Assembly: GCA_049999805.1 (NCBI GenBank) | Contig: JBNGIO010006337.1 | Coordinates: 332,215-395,159, forward strand | From: Folioceros fuciformis | Lineage: Eukaryota | DNA length: 62,945 nucleotides | Direction of reading: 5' to 3' | Part shown: piece after piece, positions 38,602 through 49,423 of the stretch | How the letters are laid out: each line of letters opens with the position of its first letter | Numbering within the stretch: the stretch's first letter is position 1 | Made by a program: the position numbers and the translations under genes | The notes under the pieces: generated by a model | What the model was told of the DNA's origin: nothing | Seen by the model: only the letters and a program-made list of their open reading frames with translations | Databases searched by the model: none

Positions 38602-40199
38602 TAATAAGGGAGACACAACAAGGTCTCTTATACATGTGACCTCGAAGCACCATTACTTCCATAGCCTTTCAGAGTCTTAAGAAAGGGTGCCACTTCTACC
38701 CCCTGGATAGGCTGAAGAACCGCTTGTTTTACCCGACAATTGAGTTGATAATTCAGTCATCCTTCTTTGGAGGGCGATATTTTTGCCCTCCCTAGCCGCA
38801 ACCTATCCGAAGGACCAAGCTAGCCCCTCCACTACATTGGTTATGATCCCAGGCTACTTGCGTGGCTCCTACTGCGGTCGCTCTGGTGTAAAACCGGTAA
38901 TTAGGAGCTAAGGGGGTCCTCCCAAAAGATGCCCAAATGGCCCTCCTCATGGCCTCTGGGTTTGTGATCCCCTATTTGATAAGGTCCTCCAAGACTATTG
39001 ATCGCAGCAAAGTCTTTCGCCGGTCAATTTCCTCTTGGGCGGGTCATGGGGCAAGAGCCGAAATCACTTCGGCGGGTGGCGAACTAGAAGAGTGAGGACT
39101 CCAACCCTTCTTTCTCCCATGCGGAGAAGGGGGTCGTTGCTACAGCCAGCTATCGTAGCGAGCCAGCAAGCTGAAGAGCAGTTTAACGAGAAGGACTGGA
39201 CACCTGATCAGCATCCAGATGAGGTTGTTGGCATATGAGTAATGGCCGCAGCAGATTACGCATAGGGCATGCCTAGGACATAGAACATGGTTTGCGCCTA
39301 ACGGTCCTATTCCGCCAAATCGGGCTTTCGGGTGATTTTCTTCGTTTTTTTCGTGGCACATATCCATGATTCATGCTATTTGATGTGGAAGATCCCGAAA
39401 TAAACTGAACAATATTCATGACGCACTTCGTATTCATCATGTTTACCAAGAAACTAGGCGAAATTGAGGGTTGGGAACAGTAAAATTCCTTGATATTATC
39501 CAGTTCCATGCTTGGACTGCCGCTCTCGGCNNNNNNNNNNNNNNNNNNNNNNNNNNNNNNNNNNNNNNNNNNNNNNNNNNNNNNNNNNNNNNNNNNNNNN
39601 NNNNNNNNNNNNNNNNNNNNNNNNNNNNNNAATTCCTTGATATTATCCAGTTCCATGCTTGGACTGCCGCTCTCGGCTGCAGCTAGACACGATGATAATT
39701 TCCGAAATCGGCATTACTAGAAGTTGAAAAATGTGAGGGATTTTTTGAATATCAATCACTTACACATGTGTGCTGGTTTGCTAGCGCACGTATGTGGTGA
39801 GTGCGCTGGTCTACCGGCACACACATTGCTTCAATGTGCCGGTAGACCGGTGCACTCCTTGAGGAAGTGCGCTGATCAGTTGGTGAATGCCCACATAGGG
39901 TCTGGGGAAAGTGCAACACAACCATTCGTAAGGGTGCACTGATAGGCCGGCGCACACATAGACTGAGTGCACCGATCTATTTGCGCACCCCCACAAGATC
40001 TGCGTTGGCTGATTAGAGCACTACTAGAAGAGGCATTCATGGCACTAGCAAACTGAGGGATGCACTTATGAATAGCCAACCACAGCTCTCTGCAAACAGT
40101 GTTCATATACAGGGTGTGTGGTATACATGAAAGTACTTTACCAGTATAGTCTAAGTATCTGCTAGTTGGTCATTGACTTCCTATGGAGGATCTTGATCT

Positions 40200-40720
40200 C
40201 GTTTAAGCACATAGAAGTTCTTTCTAAGAAGGTTTCGAGTGCGAGCATGCAGCTGTTTTTTACGAGTCAACTCAAATCTATACGCTAAAATAAAAGTGTT
40301 CGCGATAGAAAGTGTGTCAATATGCTTCCGAAGTCTTCTGCTTGGCCGTCGCTTTCATCCTCGTCTAGAACCCTTGGGAGGATCTTCATTTGGCAATATC
40401 ATCTCCTCTTAATACCGATCTTCAAATGCATTTGAACATTTGGTGACCCACGAATGGATTATGATACTTTGAATGTCATTGTCCTTATGTGTGTCCAACA
40501 CTTTGGCGATCCAAAAAGGCCTATTGTCTTCGTCTGTCTCGCATGGGACTGCAATCATGTGCCCTACTTCTATCTCTGATACATCTCCATTTAAGCTATC
40601 ATGGTCGTTGCGAACATGAGCCTCTCTTCTATCCGCACCCACATACATGTGTCTTCTAGGAACTTCTCATATCCGTGGGTTTTCCACCACCAATGCATCT
40701 GGCACGTGTAACGGTGTATT
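40200..40720 (-). pseudogene. C-terminal fragment of a probable transposon-encoded protein
   Basis: Protein-like EIEVGHMIAVPCETDEDNRPFWIAKVLD..IIIHSW, continuing after disruption into HIDTLSIANTFILAYRFELTRKKQLHARTR. It lies inside the TIRs and points away from the MTase gene. No DDE core is retained. Confidence 0.45.
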
Positions 40721-40889
40721 CAACAACTCTGTCACATTGCGATTATACATGCCAGCAGAGTTGAGCACAAAGTAGAGTCTGTGAGTCTACATAATCGCGA
40801 TGTCTAATAAGCTATGTGATATAGAATGCATATAGAATGATATATGTATCTGCATATATGGAATGCAGCTATGTAGAAGCTATATATCT

Positions 40890-42624
40890 CTGGGACAAAG
40901 AAACATGCAAAAGCCAAGAGAAAACTTGGGGAAGCTGGACTCACTTCCAGTAATGCGCAAATGTTAGATGAGTCATCGAAGAAGGTTGCAGCAATGCAGG
41001 GAAGGCCTTGGAGGGCTTTTCAAGGAGTCCCAGCAGGGGTTACAGGCGAGGAAATGCTAATAGTTGTGACGCAAAAGGTCATCCAGGGCAAGGTGCTCCT
41101 AAAAGATATGGACCCAAAGGTAGGGAAGAAGAAAAAGATACATTTGATACAACATGCTTTCAGGATGGCTTTGAAGTGTGCAACATTTGAGGAAGCGGAA
41201 GTCTTGTATCCCAAGCACACGGAAGACTCACATCTGCTCTAGTTCCAAACTGCCTTTACAAAAGTGGTACACTTGCTTTTTCAAAGCCTTTAGATGTTTT
41301 TGAGCATACTAGTTGGATTGTGCCAATCTACCGGTGCACTCCAGCTGATTTCTTTGGAATGTGCTATCTTTCGGCGCATTCTGGAAAAATGGCCAGAGTG
41401 CCCCGGTAGACCGGCGCACTCTACCTGGAAACTCCGGCCATTTTTCCGTAATGTGTTATACATTACGGAGGGGGTGCGCCGGTAGACCAGCGTAGCCCAG
41501 CTCCTGTGTCCATAATACGCGGTTTTTTGGCGCTTTCCGTGAAAATGGCCGGAGTGTGCCAATCCACCGACGCACTTGGGCCAACTTGAAGGACTTCTGT
41601 GTAGATTGGGGAGGGTGTGCGCTAGTCTACCGGCACACTCTAGTCATTAGAAGTGATTTTTTACTTACTTAGGCTGGAGTAACGTAGTTCATGATTTGTG
41701 ATTCTGCTTTTTGTGTGGTTTTTCTTAACGAAATGCTTTTTGGTAGAAAGCAGTGGACATCACATACCTTGAAGCATTGCCAAAGCCTTTTCAAGATTAT
41801 GTTTACTCTGCTAGAAATTGGAAGCGCATGGAAGAAGAAAAGCAGAGACTCACAGATGCAGATATGGATGCAGGATTATCGGAGTTCAGAGTCCCAAACA
41901 GTAACAATAAGACAAAGCATTAAGTTATCCATCGAAACGTTTTGGAGATGGAAGCATTTATGGTAAAACGATTGTATACTCTCTGATTCGCAAATTTGCC
42001 TCGCGGACTGCAACGACATGAATACGATAGCTGACAAGCGAAGAGCTAGAGGACATGATTCGAGGGTTTTTAGAATGCACCAACAATAATGTGTATGGGT
42101 TGGTTCTCATGCATGGCGTGGATCTGATTACACAGGCTAGGGAAGCACATCAGCCATGGTGAAAGAAGGGAACCATTCAAACCTTAGTGTGGGAGAAGAC
42201 TAACATACCTCCCAATGCAAGCACAATAGAGATTGTCGAGTATTTAGCTGTTGGAAGTGTAGTTCACTCTGAAGCTCAGAACACAAAAGCTCCATTATTC
42301 GCGAATCAGGGATTCCTTCTTCCGCGAGTTACAAGGCATGGTGCTGTGTCGAAGAACCATCTATTCCACTCGGCAGATTCTCTAGTCATCTTGCTGTATC
42401 AAAAGCCCCTTAGTTTAATGGGTATGTTGGTGAATATGTTCTCCACTTAAGGGGACTGGGTAGTGGATGCTTGTGCAGGATCTGGGACATTTCTACAGTC
42501 TGCGATTCAAAGAGGAAGACATGTTGTCGCAGTGGATTTCGATATAAGATGTACCACTTACATCATGCAACGGGTGAATGGCATAGGCTCTTTACCAGAC
42601 TCCGATGAGGAGATCAGCACATAG
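40890..42624 (+). pseudogene. Beta-class N4-cytosine/N6-adenine DNA methyltransferase (N6_N4_Mtase-like) with N-terminal extension and one intron (41267..41746); disabled
   Basis: Motifs in beta order: VIHRNVLEM..YTL*FANLPRG..EYD (41924-42028; cf. IIHGD.LE..DLIFADPPYG..WD), TLVWEK (42181-42198), VEYLAV (42235), YQKPLSLMGMLVNMFST*GDWVVDACAGSGTFLQSAIQRGRHVVAVDFD..YIMQRV (42397-42576; cf. QKP..L..LI...S..GD.VLDPF.GSGTT..AA...GR..IG.E). Stops at 41240, 41921, 41984, ~42160 and 42448; frameshift at ~42030. Confidence 0.82.
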
Positions 42625-43349
42625 CATTTCTCGCACGGGCCCACAAAGTTTTGGGCCAAAGAAGTCTGCACGGATGGTAGCGTGGATCGTTGGATGCAGG
42701 TATTCACTTTGTTGGGAAAAAAAGGAGAGATTCTTGCACAATCGGACGACAGACCAGCGGAAGATCTTTATGCTATAACTATATGGGATGAGAATGGAAC
42801 AATTCCGCCTTAGACTGTGGACAACCTGCATTTCTATGTTCTAAATGTGCAGGGGGACAACTTCGGAGACATAGAGGGCCAACGACTTAAAGACATAGAT
42901 GTTGTTGTCGATTCCGAGGCCAATCAAGACGTTCGTGTTTTTATTTAAAGGTGTTGTTGAGAGTAGTGGAAGTGGATAGTATATTATGATTATAAACATA
43001 TTTGACTATGTCGTTTTTCAATCCATGGGATGCAGATAGACACCTCCCTGTCCTTTAAACATAGACTTTAGTGTGCCGGTAGAGCGGCGCACCGAAAGTA
43101 AGATTCTTTTTTTTCTTAAAGTTTTAGAGTGTGAAGACCACATGTACCACTTGGTTGTGGGCTTGAAGCAAATGTGTGGAGATCGATTATGTCCACCACA
43201 CGTCAATATAATTGGTTTTTGAAAAAGAGGCTAAAATGTAGATATGTGACTAGGATGGTGTAAACTCAAATGTGCACCAAATGGGCTTCGTGGAATACGA
43301 CCGTTAGGCACAGACCATGTTATAGCCGCTAGAGCTGGAAGAAGGAAAC

Positions 43350-46050
43350 AAGGTTAGTATTAGAGGTTAGACTGAGCAGGATTAAGCTAACCCCAATTAG
43401 TTGCTAACCAATCTAGTAGTTCAGTTAGCTTAGGTAAAGAAGTGGTCGGTGTTGAGTTATCGAGCTCTATATGAGCTAAACTCATGTGGTGTTAGTTATC
43501 CCAGTTGGGTTCATACTAGACTAGTTCTAGTTATTAGTGAACTTAGGATAGTGTAGAATTATCCCATATTGAACCTGGAAGTTGTGTAGCCCTAAATGTA
43601 CTACTCAAATGGAGACCTCGGACCTCCATAGTAAGACAGTGGTGATGTGTATTGTTTTCATGGTTGTGATCACCAATACCACCCTCTCTTCTCTCCTCTC
43701 CTCTCCTACACTTGCACGTAGATTGGAGTCGATCCTATTGACAGTCGGAATTGGGACGTGGGGGGTACAAGAACTAAGTGCTCCTCTCATCAAACCGGCT
43801 CAATTCCTGGACGGGGGCCTCCTCACTTTTGGTAGTTGGACCCCTAAGTTTGAGAGATGTCTGGGCACATCTCTGCTTACATCTGGTATTAGAGCTGGTC
43901 GATCATGCAGGAGACATGACTCCAAAAAATCGCCAAATATTTGATTGGATTTGTGCCTGATGGTACGAAAGCTCATGACGGACGGTCCAGGAGGAGGAGT
44001 GATCACGGGAGTGGGAGCGTCGTCATTCAGGATAGATGGGAAGTGCGCACGTAAGGTGCAAGGAAAAAGAAGGTGAGAAGCAAAGCAGCTTTCGTGGAGA
44101 AAGAAGGATGAAGAATGTCGAGCTTAATGGAGCAATGATGTTTGACCTAGCAAACGCTCCCATCTTGGTGCAAAAAATGTGTGCTAGCTGCGAATGAGAA
44201 AGTGCAAGCGTGCCAAGGCTAGAGGATTTGAGCTCAAGGAGATCCGTCACCTTGTAGTCATGAGGTCTTGGACCCAACGATGGCAAAGGTCACATCGAGT
44301 GCTGGTAGGAGAAGAGATAGTTGGGTCCGGCATCCGAAAGTAGGTGCATGCATGAGAGCAGGGGCCTGCAATTTTCCAACGAAGGGATAAGTTGCATATT
44401 TGAGCTTGGATTACGTGCGTACACAAGGTCAATGGACGATAGCAGTGTTTCTTCACGGCTCCACCAACGAGCGAGATCCATAGCCGACATGGCCCCAGCT
44501 CTACATGTCGAACTTGCAGTCCGACAAAGTGTGAAGTTGCGAGGTGGACCGGTAGCTAGAGGGGGCGTTAAGAAGAAAATTTCCCATCCTCGCAAATCCC
44601 TCGTTGGGCTTGCACTAGCAATGGGAAGGCAGCTCGTTAGAAACGAGGCCAAGCTGCAAGGAAAGAAGTAGTTGAGGAGGAGGATATTGTGCTTGATCCC
44701 GTGCATATGCCCACGCATGGAGCAATAGAGGCTGAGCCTGCTACGAACTTGGATGTGAACCCCACGTGGGCTCAACACGAGAAGTAGAATTTAGATCCCG
44801 CGTTGAGTCCGAGGTTATGGCTATGATCCAGCGAATGCTACAAGCTCAACAAGAGAAGCACAAAAAATGCGGAGAGGGAGAAGGCCTTACGTGAGATGCT
44901 TCTTGGACATGCCGTTGGCTTAGTCCAAGAAGACTTCCATGTGCCAAGAGATGTGGTGAACGAAGGCGATGGTCCAAGCTTGTTTAAGTTCAAAGCACGT
45001 ATGGAAGCCAAAGCTCAAGCTATTCTACATCAATCATTGCAAGAACAAAAGGAACAGCATGAGAAGTTGGTAGCAAATTTGCTTGCACAAAATGAAGAGA
45101 AGGAGCAAAATTGGAGAAGCATTCTAGCACAAGTCATGCAAAAACCCGCTTTTGGACAAGATAGCATACTAGAGCCTGTTCATGCACAGAATGACAATAG
45201 AGATGGAAGGCTTGCTTCTGCAAACGAGTTGCCCACATTAATTGGGACTCCCATCATCAACACGATCCTGCCAACAACATTGAAAATTTTTCGAGTGCAA
45301 GGATTGGCGTTGGAAGAGGATCCCAAAATTGCTAAGATTGCTAGGCGTCTACAAATTGCAAGGCATGAGAGAGCTCAAGCCGAGGCAGTCACGGACCTTG
45401 CTTCTAGAGAAGGGATGTCGACGAAGGTCCGGATCTAACTTGAAATGATGATATGAGAAAGAGGGCTAAGTTCGAGGTGCTAACATGCCAAGATAGGAGC
45501 CCGAGTAAGTTGCAGGAGTGGATGCAAGCATTCACCACATATTTTGAAGGTGGACTTTGCAGCCCATTACACAAGCCATCTAGCCAGAGGTTGGTGGGAG
45601 AACAGGAAGGAGGCTGGGAAGCGTGGAGAGAAGCTGCCCATACAACCATGGGAGGTGATGAAAGCCGAGCTTCTTCACAACTTCTTGCCCAAGGATCACA
45701 AAGAAAGGTTTTGGTCAGCGTGGTATGCTCTCAAGCATACAGGAACACTTGAAGAATTTCATTTGCAATTCATGAAAGCTATGCTCAAAATACTAGATCT
45801 AGAGGAGGAGGCAAAGCTCGCCAAGTACTGCGATGCCATCAAGCAAGAGTATAAGCTCAGCATTAAGCAACAATGCTGCACCACTATTGAAGAGGCAATT
45901 CAAGCTGAAATGGATGTCGAGAACTACAAAGTCAGGCTAGTTGGATCTGCAATTGTGACAACCCGGCAATTCGGGCAAAGCCAAGGACAATAATGTGTGT
46001 TTCACAAACCATAACAAGCTCAAGGAGCCAAGTACAACCCCTTTCACTCT
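43350..46050 (+). mobile_element. Degenerate Ty3/Gypsy element: LTR end, PBS and gag
   Basis: LTR-like segment ending ..CTTACA (43881); PBS TGGTATTAGAGC at 43884-43895; retrotrans_gag-like KVDFAAHY..ARGWW..PWEVMKAELLHNFLP..LKHTGTLEEF..F (45544-45993). No pol seen; left boundary uncertain. Confidence 0.75.
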
Positions 46051-46129
46051 TGGAAGATTAAGGTAATAATCAATGCATGTGAACTGTTCGAAATGAGCCC
46101 ATGTGAAATCGGCTTCTCCGAGGTCAACC

Positions 46130-47690
46130 ATCTCGAAGGCTTGGCATAGCTCCCACTTAACCTAGCGCATCAAGGTAAAGGAATTGCTGATTATCCGTAG
46201 GTCATCAACGTATACAGCGATCCATACTTGTGAGTCCCCGACTCCGAGCGTGTATACTTCATGATTTGCCTCGCTCCGTTTCTCGTACATGGAGGAGAAC
46301 ATACCATTCCCCTCCAAGTGATCGGGTCTTCATGGGTCCACATAAGTCGCTGTGCACCAAGTCCAAGTGGTGCTCCGCTTACACTCGAGCAAATCCTCCC
46401 TATGTGAAGGGAGCCTTGTGGTGCTTCCCCAGCACACACCCTTCACAAAACTTCAACTCACTGTCCCCCTGGAGCGTGAGCCCATGGACCATTGTGCGAT
46501 TCGCTAACAATCACATGTCACGGTCTCCTAGGTTCCAAAATCTCTCATGCCACAGTCGGATTGATTCGTTTGCAACCTCGATTTCGGCTATGTTGGCCCT
46601 CTCTCTTGCACGCTGCTCCTCGCTCTTGCTTCCGGTCTCAAGAATGTTGCAAGAAAGTCGGTATAGGTTGTCATCCCCAAGGGTGGGTTTGGCAACCGTA
46701 TCACCATGCGGGTTCTTGATATGCAGCTTGACCTCTTGAATGCCACTTCCAAGCCTATAGCTGTGAGCCTGGACCCTTCCTTGGGAGCTGTGAGATCTGC
46801 TGCCTTTTTTTGATAGTCTCAAACCCTATATCCGACCTTGTCACAGTAGAAACACTTGAATGTGGATGGACTCGATCGCGAGGCTTTGGTCCTCCCATCG
46901 CCTCGTGTTTTGCCTCTACTCATGGAGTTCCCATGAGCGATGAACACTGAGTCTTCTCCGTCAGCTTGCTCCTTCCCTTTCTACTTGCGTCGAGCTGCCT
47001 CCTGCACCAGTCTTGACCAAACGAGTTCTGTGGGCAGTGTGTTGCCTCATGACTCTAATGCGTGTAGGGTTATTAAAGCCCAATGTGCTTAGACTAATGT
47101 GATTAGTCTAATTAAACTAGTGTGATAAGTTTAATTAGACTAATGTAATTAGTCTAATATTAGTGTTTAATTAAGTATCATTAGCTTAAGCTAATCTTTA
47201 GGAAGCTTCCTGCATAGCTTGCTGCTTCCTGCATAGCTTGCTTCCTGTGAGCTTCTTGTGAAGCTTCATTGGGAGCTTTTCTAGGGGGTATTTTAGAGCT
47301 GTGAGAGACATTGTGAGACCTCTCTTTCTCCTCTCCTCTCCTCCTCCCTTCTCTCTTCTCCTTCACCATGCTCCTCAAATGATCCTTTCAATGCGACCAT
47401 CAATGTCTCGTAAGAGGGTGGGAGGCTGACCAGAAGTAAGATGATGAGGACTTTCTCCTTGAAGTTGGCTCCGACAGCTTCTAGCTGCTCATTTTGGGTA
47501 TCCACCTTCGCTAAGTGTTCTTCCATGCTATCTTCTTCCCCCATTCGCAGTGTGACTAGTCGCTTGACTAGGAATACCTCACTCACGGGACTGCCCACCT
47601 CGTACCGCTCCCTCAATCGTTCCCAAACGTCCTTAGAAGTTGAGTGTCTCGAAAGTTCTCGTAACAAATGCTTTGTGATCCCACTATTTC
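46130..47690 (-). mobile_element. Fragmented Copia relic (gag, zinc knuckle, GAG-pre-integrase/integrase start) with a ~300-bp LTR-like insertion at ~47063-47367
   Basis: SKDVWERLRERY..LRMGEEDSMEEHL..LLVSLPPSYETL; CFYCDKVG; LWHERF; CEGCVLGKHHKAPF..LVHSDLCGPMKTRSLGG. Confidence 0.8.
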
Positions 47691-48976
47691 CATTTCGGCC
47701 TTTGTAGATTTCCATTCCATTATAGAGAACGGAGCTCACAATACATTCAAAGTGAAGGATGCTATGAGGCCAAGCAGAAAAAAAAGAGCAGTGATCAAAG
47801 AGTACATAACGGTCAAAAAGGAGACCGACACGGAGTAACAATGGGAAAGGTACAGCCCAACGAGGTGTGTCTTTGCACCCCTTAAATACGGAGCATGGTG
47901 CGCACTGCCCTGCAAATCCTGGAAGTACATCAATATGTGGTATCTTCCATAAACTTCATCTGGTGAATTGCGCCGTGATTGAGAACGTCAGCTGCAGCTG
48001 GAAAATCTCCTCCAACACCCCACACCAGTTGCTGTCTTGAGAGCAGGTACTGCGCTGAGTGAGCAATACACCGTGGGCATTTTTGGAAGGAGATGAGCAG
48101 CTACAAGTTGAAAGAAAAGTAGAACCTGCCACTAGCCTGCAGGGGCGCATCACAACCGAATGCTGAAAAGATCATGCAAAATTAAGCGAGCCCTGTAGAG
48201 CAGCCGTGGGGAATTCTAAGCGGCTGAGCCCCAAGTTGCAAGGAGCCCTAGATTGCTCCCAGCTGGCTAGATTGCGTGAGTAATCTAGCCAGCTGTGAGT
48301 CTGCTCTCGGAATGACGGCAGGTGATGAAAACCGTGTTGTGGATTGTATATCCCTGGGACGGGATGACTTTGTGTGATCGGAGGGATTGTGGCACACTGA
48401 AAATATTGCAGAAACGCAAAAGTATGCATCTGGATTGGTTGCGTTCAATCCAGATGCCATCTGGACGCGCGGCTATGGTGGTATACACTGAAAGATTTTC
48501 GCCGCTCGGTTTGGATACGGTGCTACATGTTCATAACATGAGGACCGTTGTGCCCTGGTAGCAAGCTCAGTGCACAATGTGTGGACTCGGCAAAGAATGA
48601 TCCTCCTCTAACACTGACCGTGACAATGTGTCACCTACAAAAGAATGCATGCATGCATGGGTGCAACTTTTACTGAACTCAGCAATCTTGGGCGGTAGCG
48701 CTACCACTCGCCGCAGGTTGTGCACACACGAGCTCGCAATCGCTGCAATGCCCAAGATTGCTGCGCCATACACGCACGTGAGGCAGGTAGGAGAGACGAT
48801 TAAAAGCTGGACGGACGCTGTTGCAGCAACGATATTGCATACATGGACGCACTGCAGCAGACGTGTGGGAGACCCTGATCCGGAGTTGGCCACACCATTG
48901 TTCCCCATTGCTGCGTCAAGCTACGCTGGCGGTCCTCACCTGCATGTAGCGGCACACGGATCATGGATGCAAATGA

Positions 48977-49423
48977 TCAGCAAGTCTTGGGAACGGTAGT
49001 GCTGCAACTGCCCGGGTTGCTGGGAGGAGGTGGCGACGGAGTGGCAGGCTTCTTGGAGTATCTGGCGGGCTGCTTGGCTGCTCCCCCGTTGCGTCCGTCG
49101 ACGTCCACCATCAGCTGCGCCACGTTGGTCCAGGGCATGGAAGGAGGCGCCTCTGGTCGTTTCCACGTCCTTGCGGAAATCAGCTTACGCAAGTCCAGGA
49201 CGACCGAGTCGGGGCCTCCGCTCGGCGTCCGTGGTTGAGCGGCATGACGTGGGTCCCCGACCGGGACCACGACCGAGGGCTGGGGCTCCGGATCCTTCGC
49301 TGTAGGAGCTAGCATTTGCATGCTGCGCCTTGCGGCCATCCCCTGGTCGCAGAAGCTCGCCAGGAGCAGGCAGAGCAGAAGCACGGGGACGCAATTATAT
49401 CCTCCACTGCACTTGCCCGCCAT
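48977..49423 (-). CDS. Secreted Pro-rich small-peptide precursor, copy B (148 aa)
   Basis: Paralog of 34851..35297; 8 aa differences, all in residues 1-54; residues 55-148 identical. Confidence 0.75.
   Translation of the reverse strand: MAGKCSGGYNCVPVLLLCLLLASFCDQGMAARRSMQMLAPTAKDPEPQPSVVVPVGDPRHAAQPRTPSGGPDSVVLDLRKLISARTWKRPEAPPSMPWTNVAQLMVDVDGRNGGAAKQPARYSKKPATPSPPPPSNPGSCSTTVPKTC

Larger units (their letters stand above)
39277..43328. mobile_element. TIR-bounded DNA transposon derivative (superfamily unassigned) carrying a DNA methyltransferase pseudogene
   Basis: Inverted repeats 39277..39313 and 43292..43328 (core TAGAACATGGTTTGCGCCTAACGGTCCTATTCC vs TATAACATGGTCTGTGCCTAACGGTCGTATTCC, 29/33 identical). 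CTAG sits at the same distance outside both (39273-76, 43329-32). Dispersed CCGGTAGACCGGCGCAC motifs inside. Confidence 0.8.

Noticed and set aside
39484-39677. 47-bp direct repeat flanking the N gap
   Set aside because: Identical sequence on both sides of a 100-N gap is typical of an unmerged contig overlap.
41747-42624. Bacterial contamination or a functional MTase at this locus
   Set aside because: It is embedded among plant TEs, has a plausible spliceosomal intron, and carries at least four stops plus a frameshift in this exon; it is a eukaryotic pseudogene copy.
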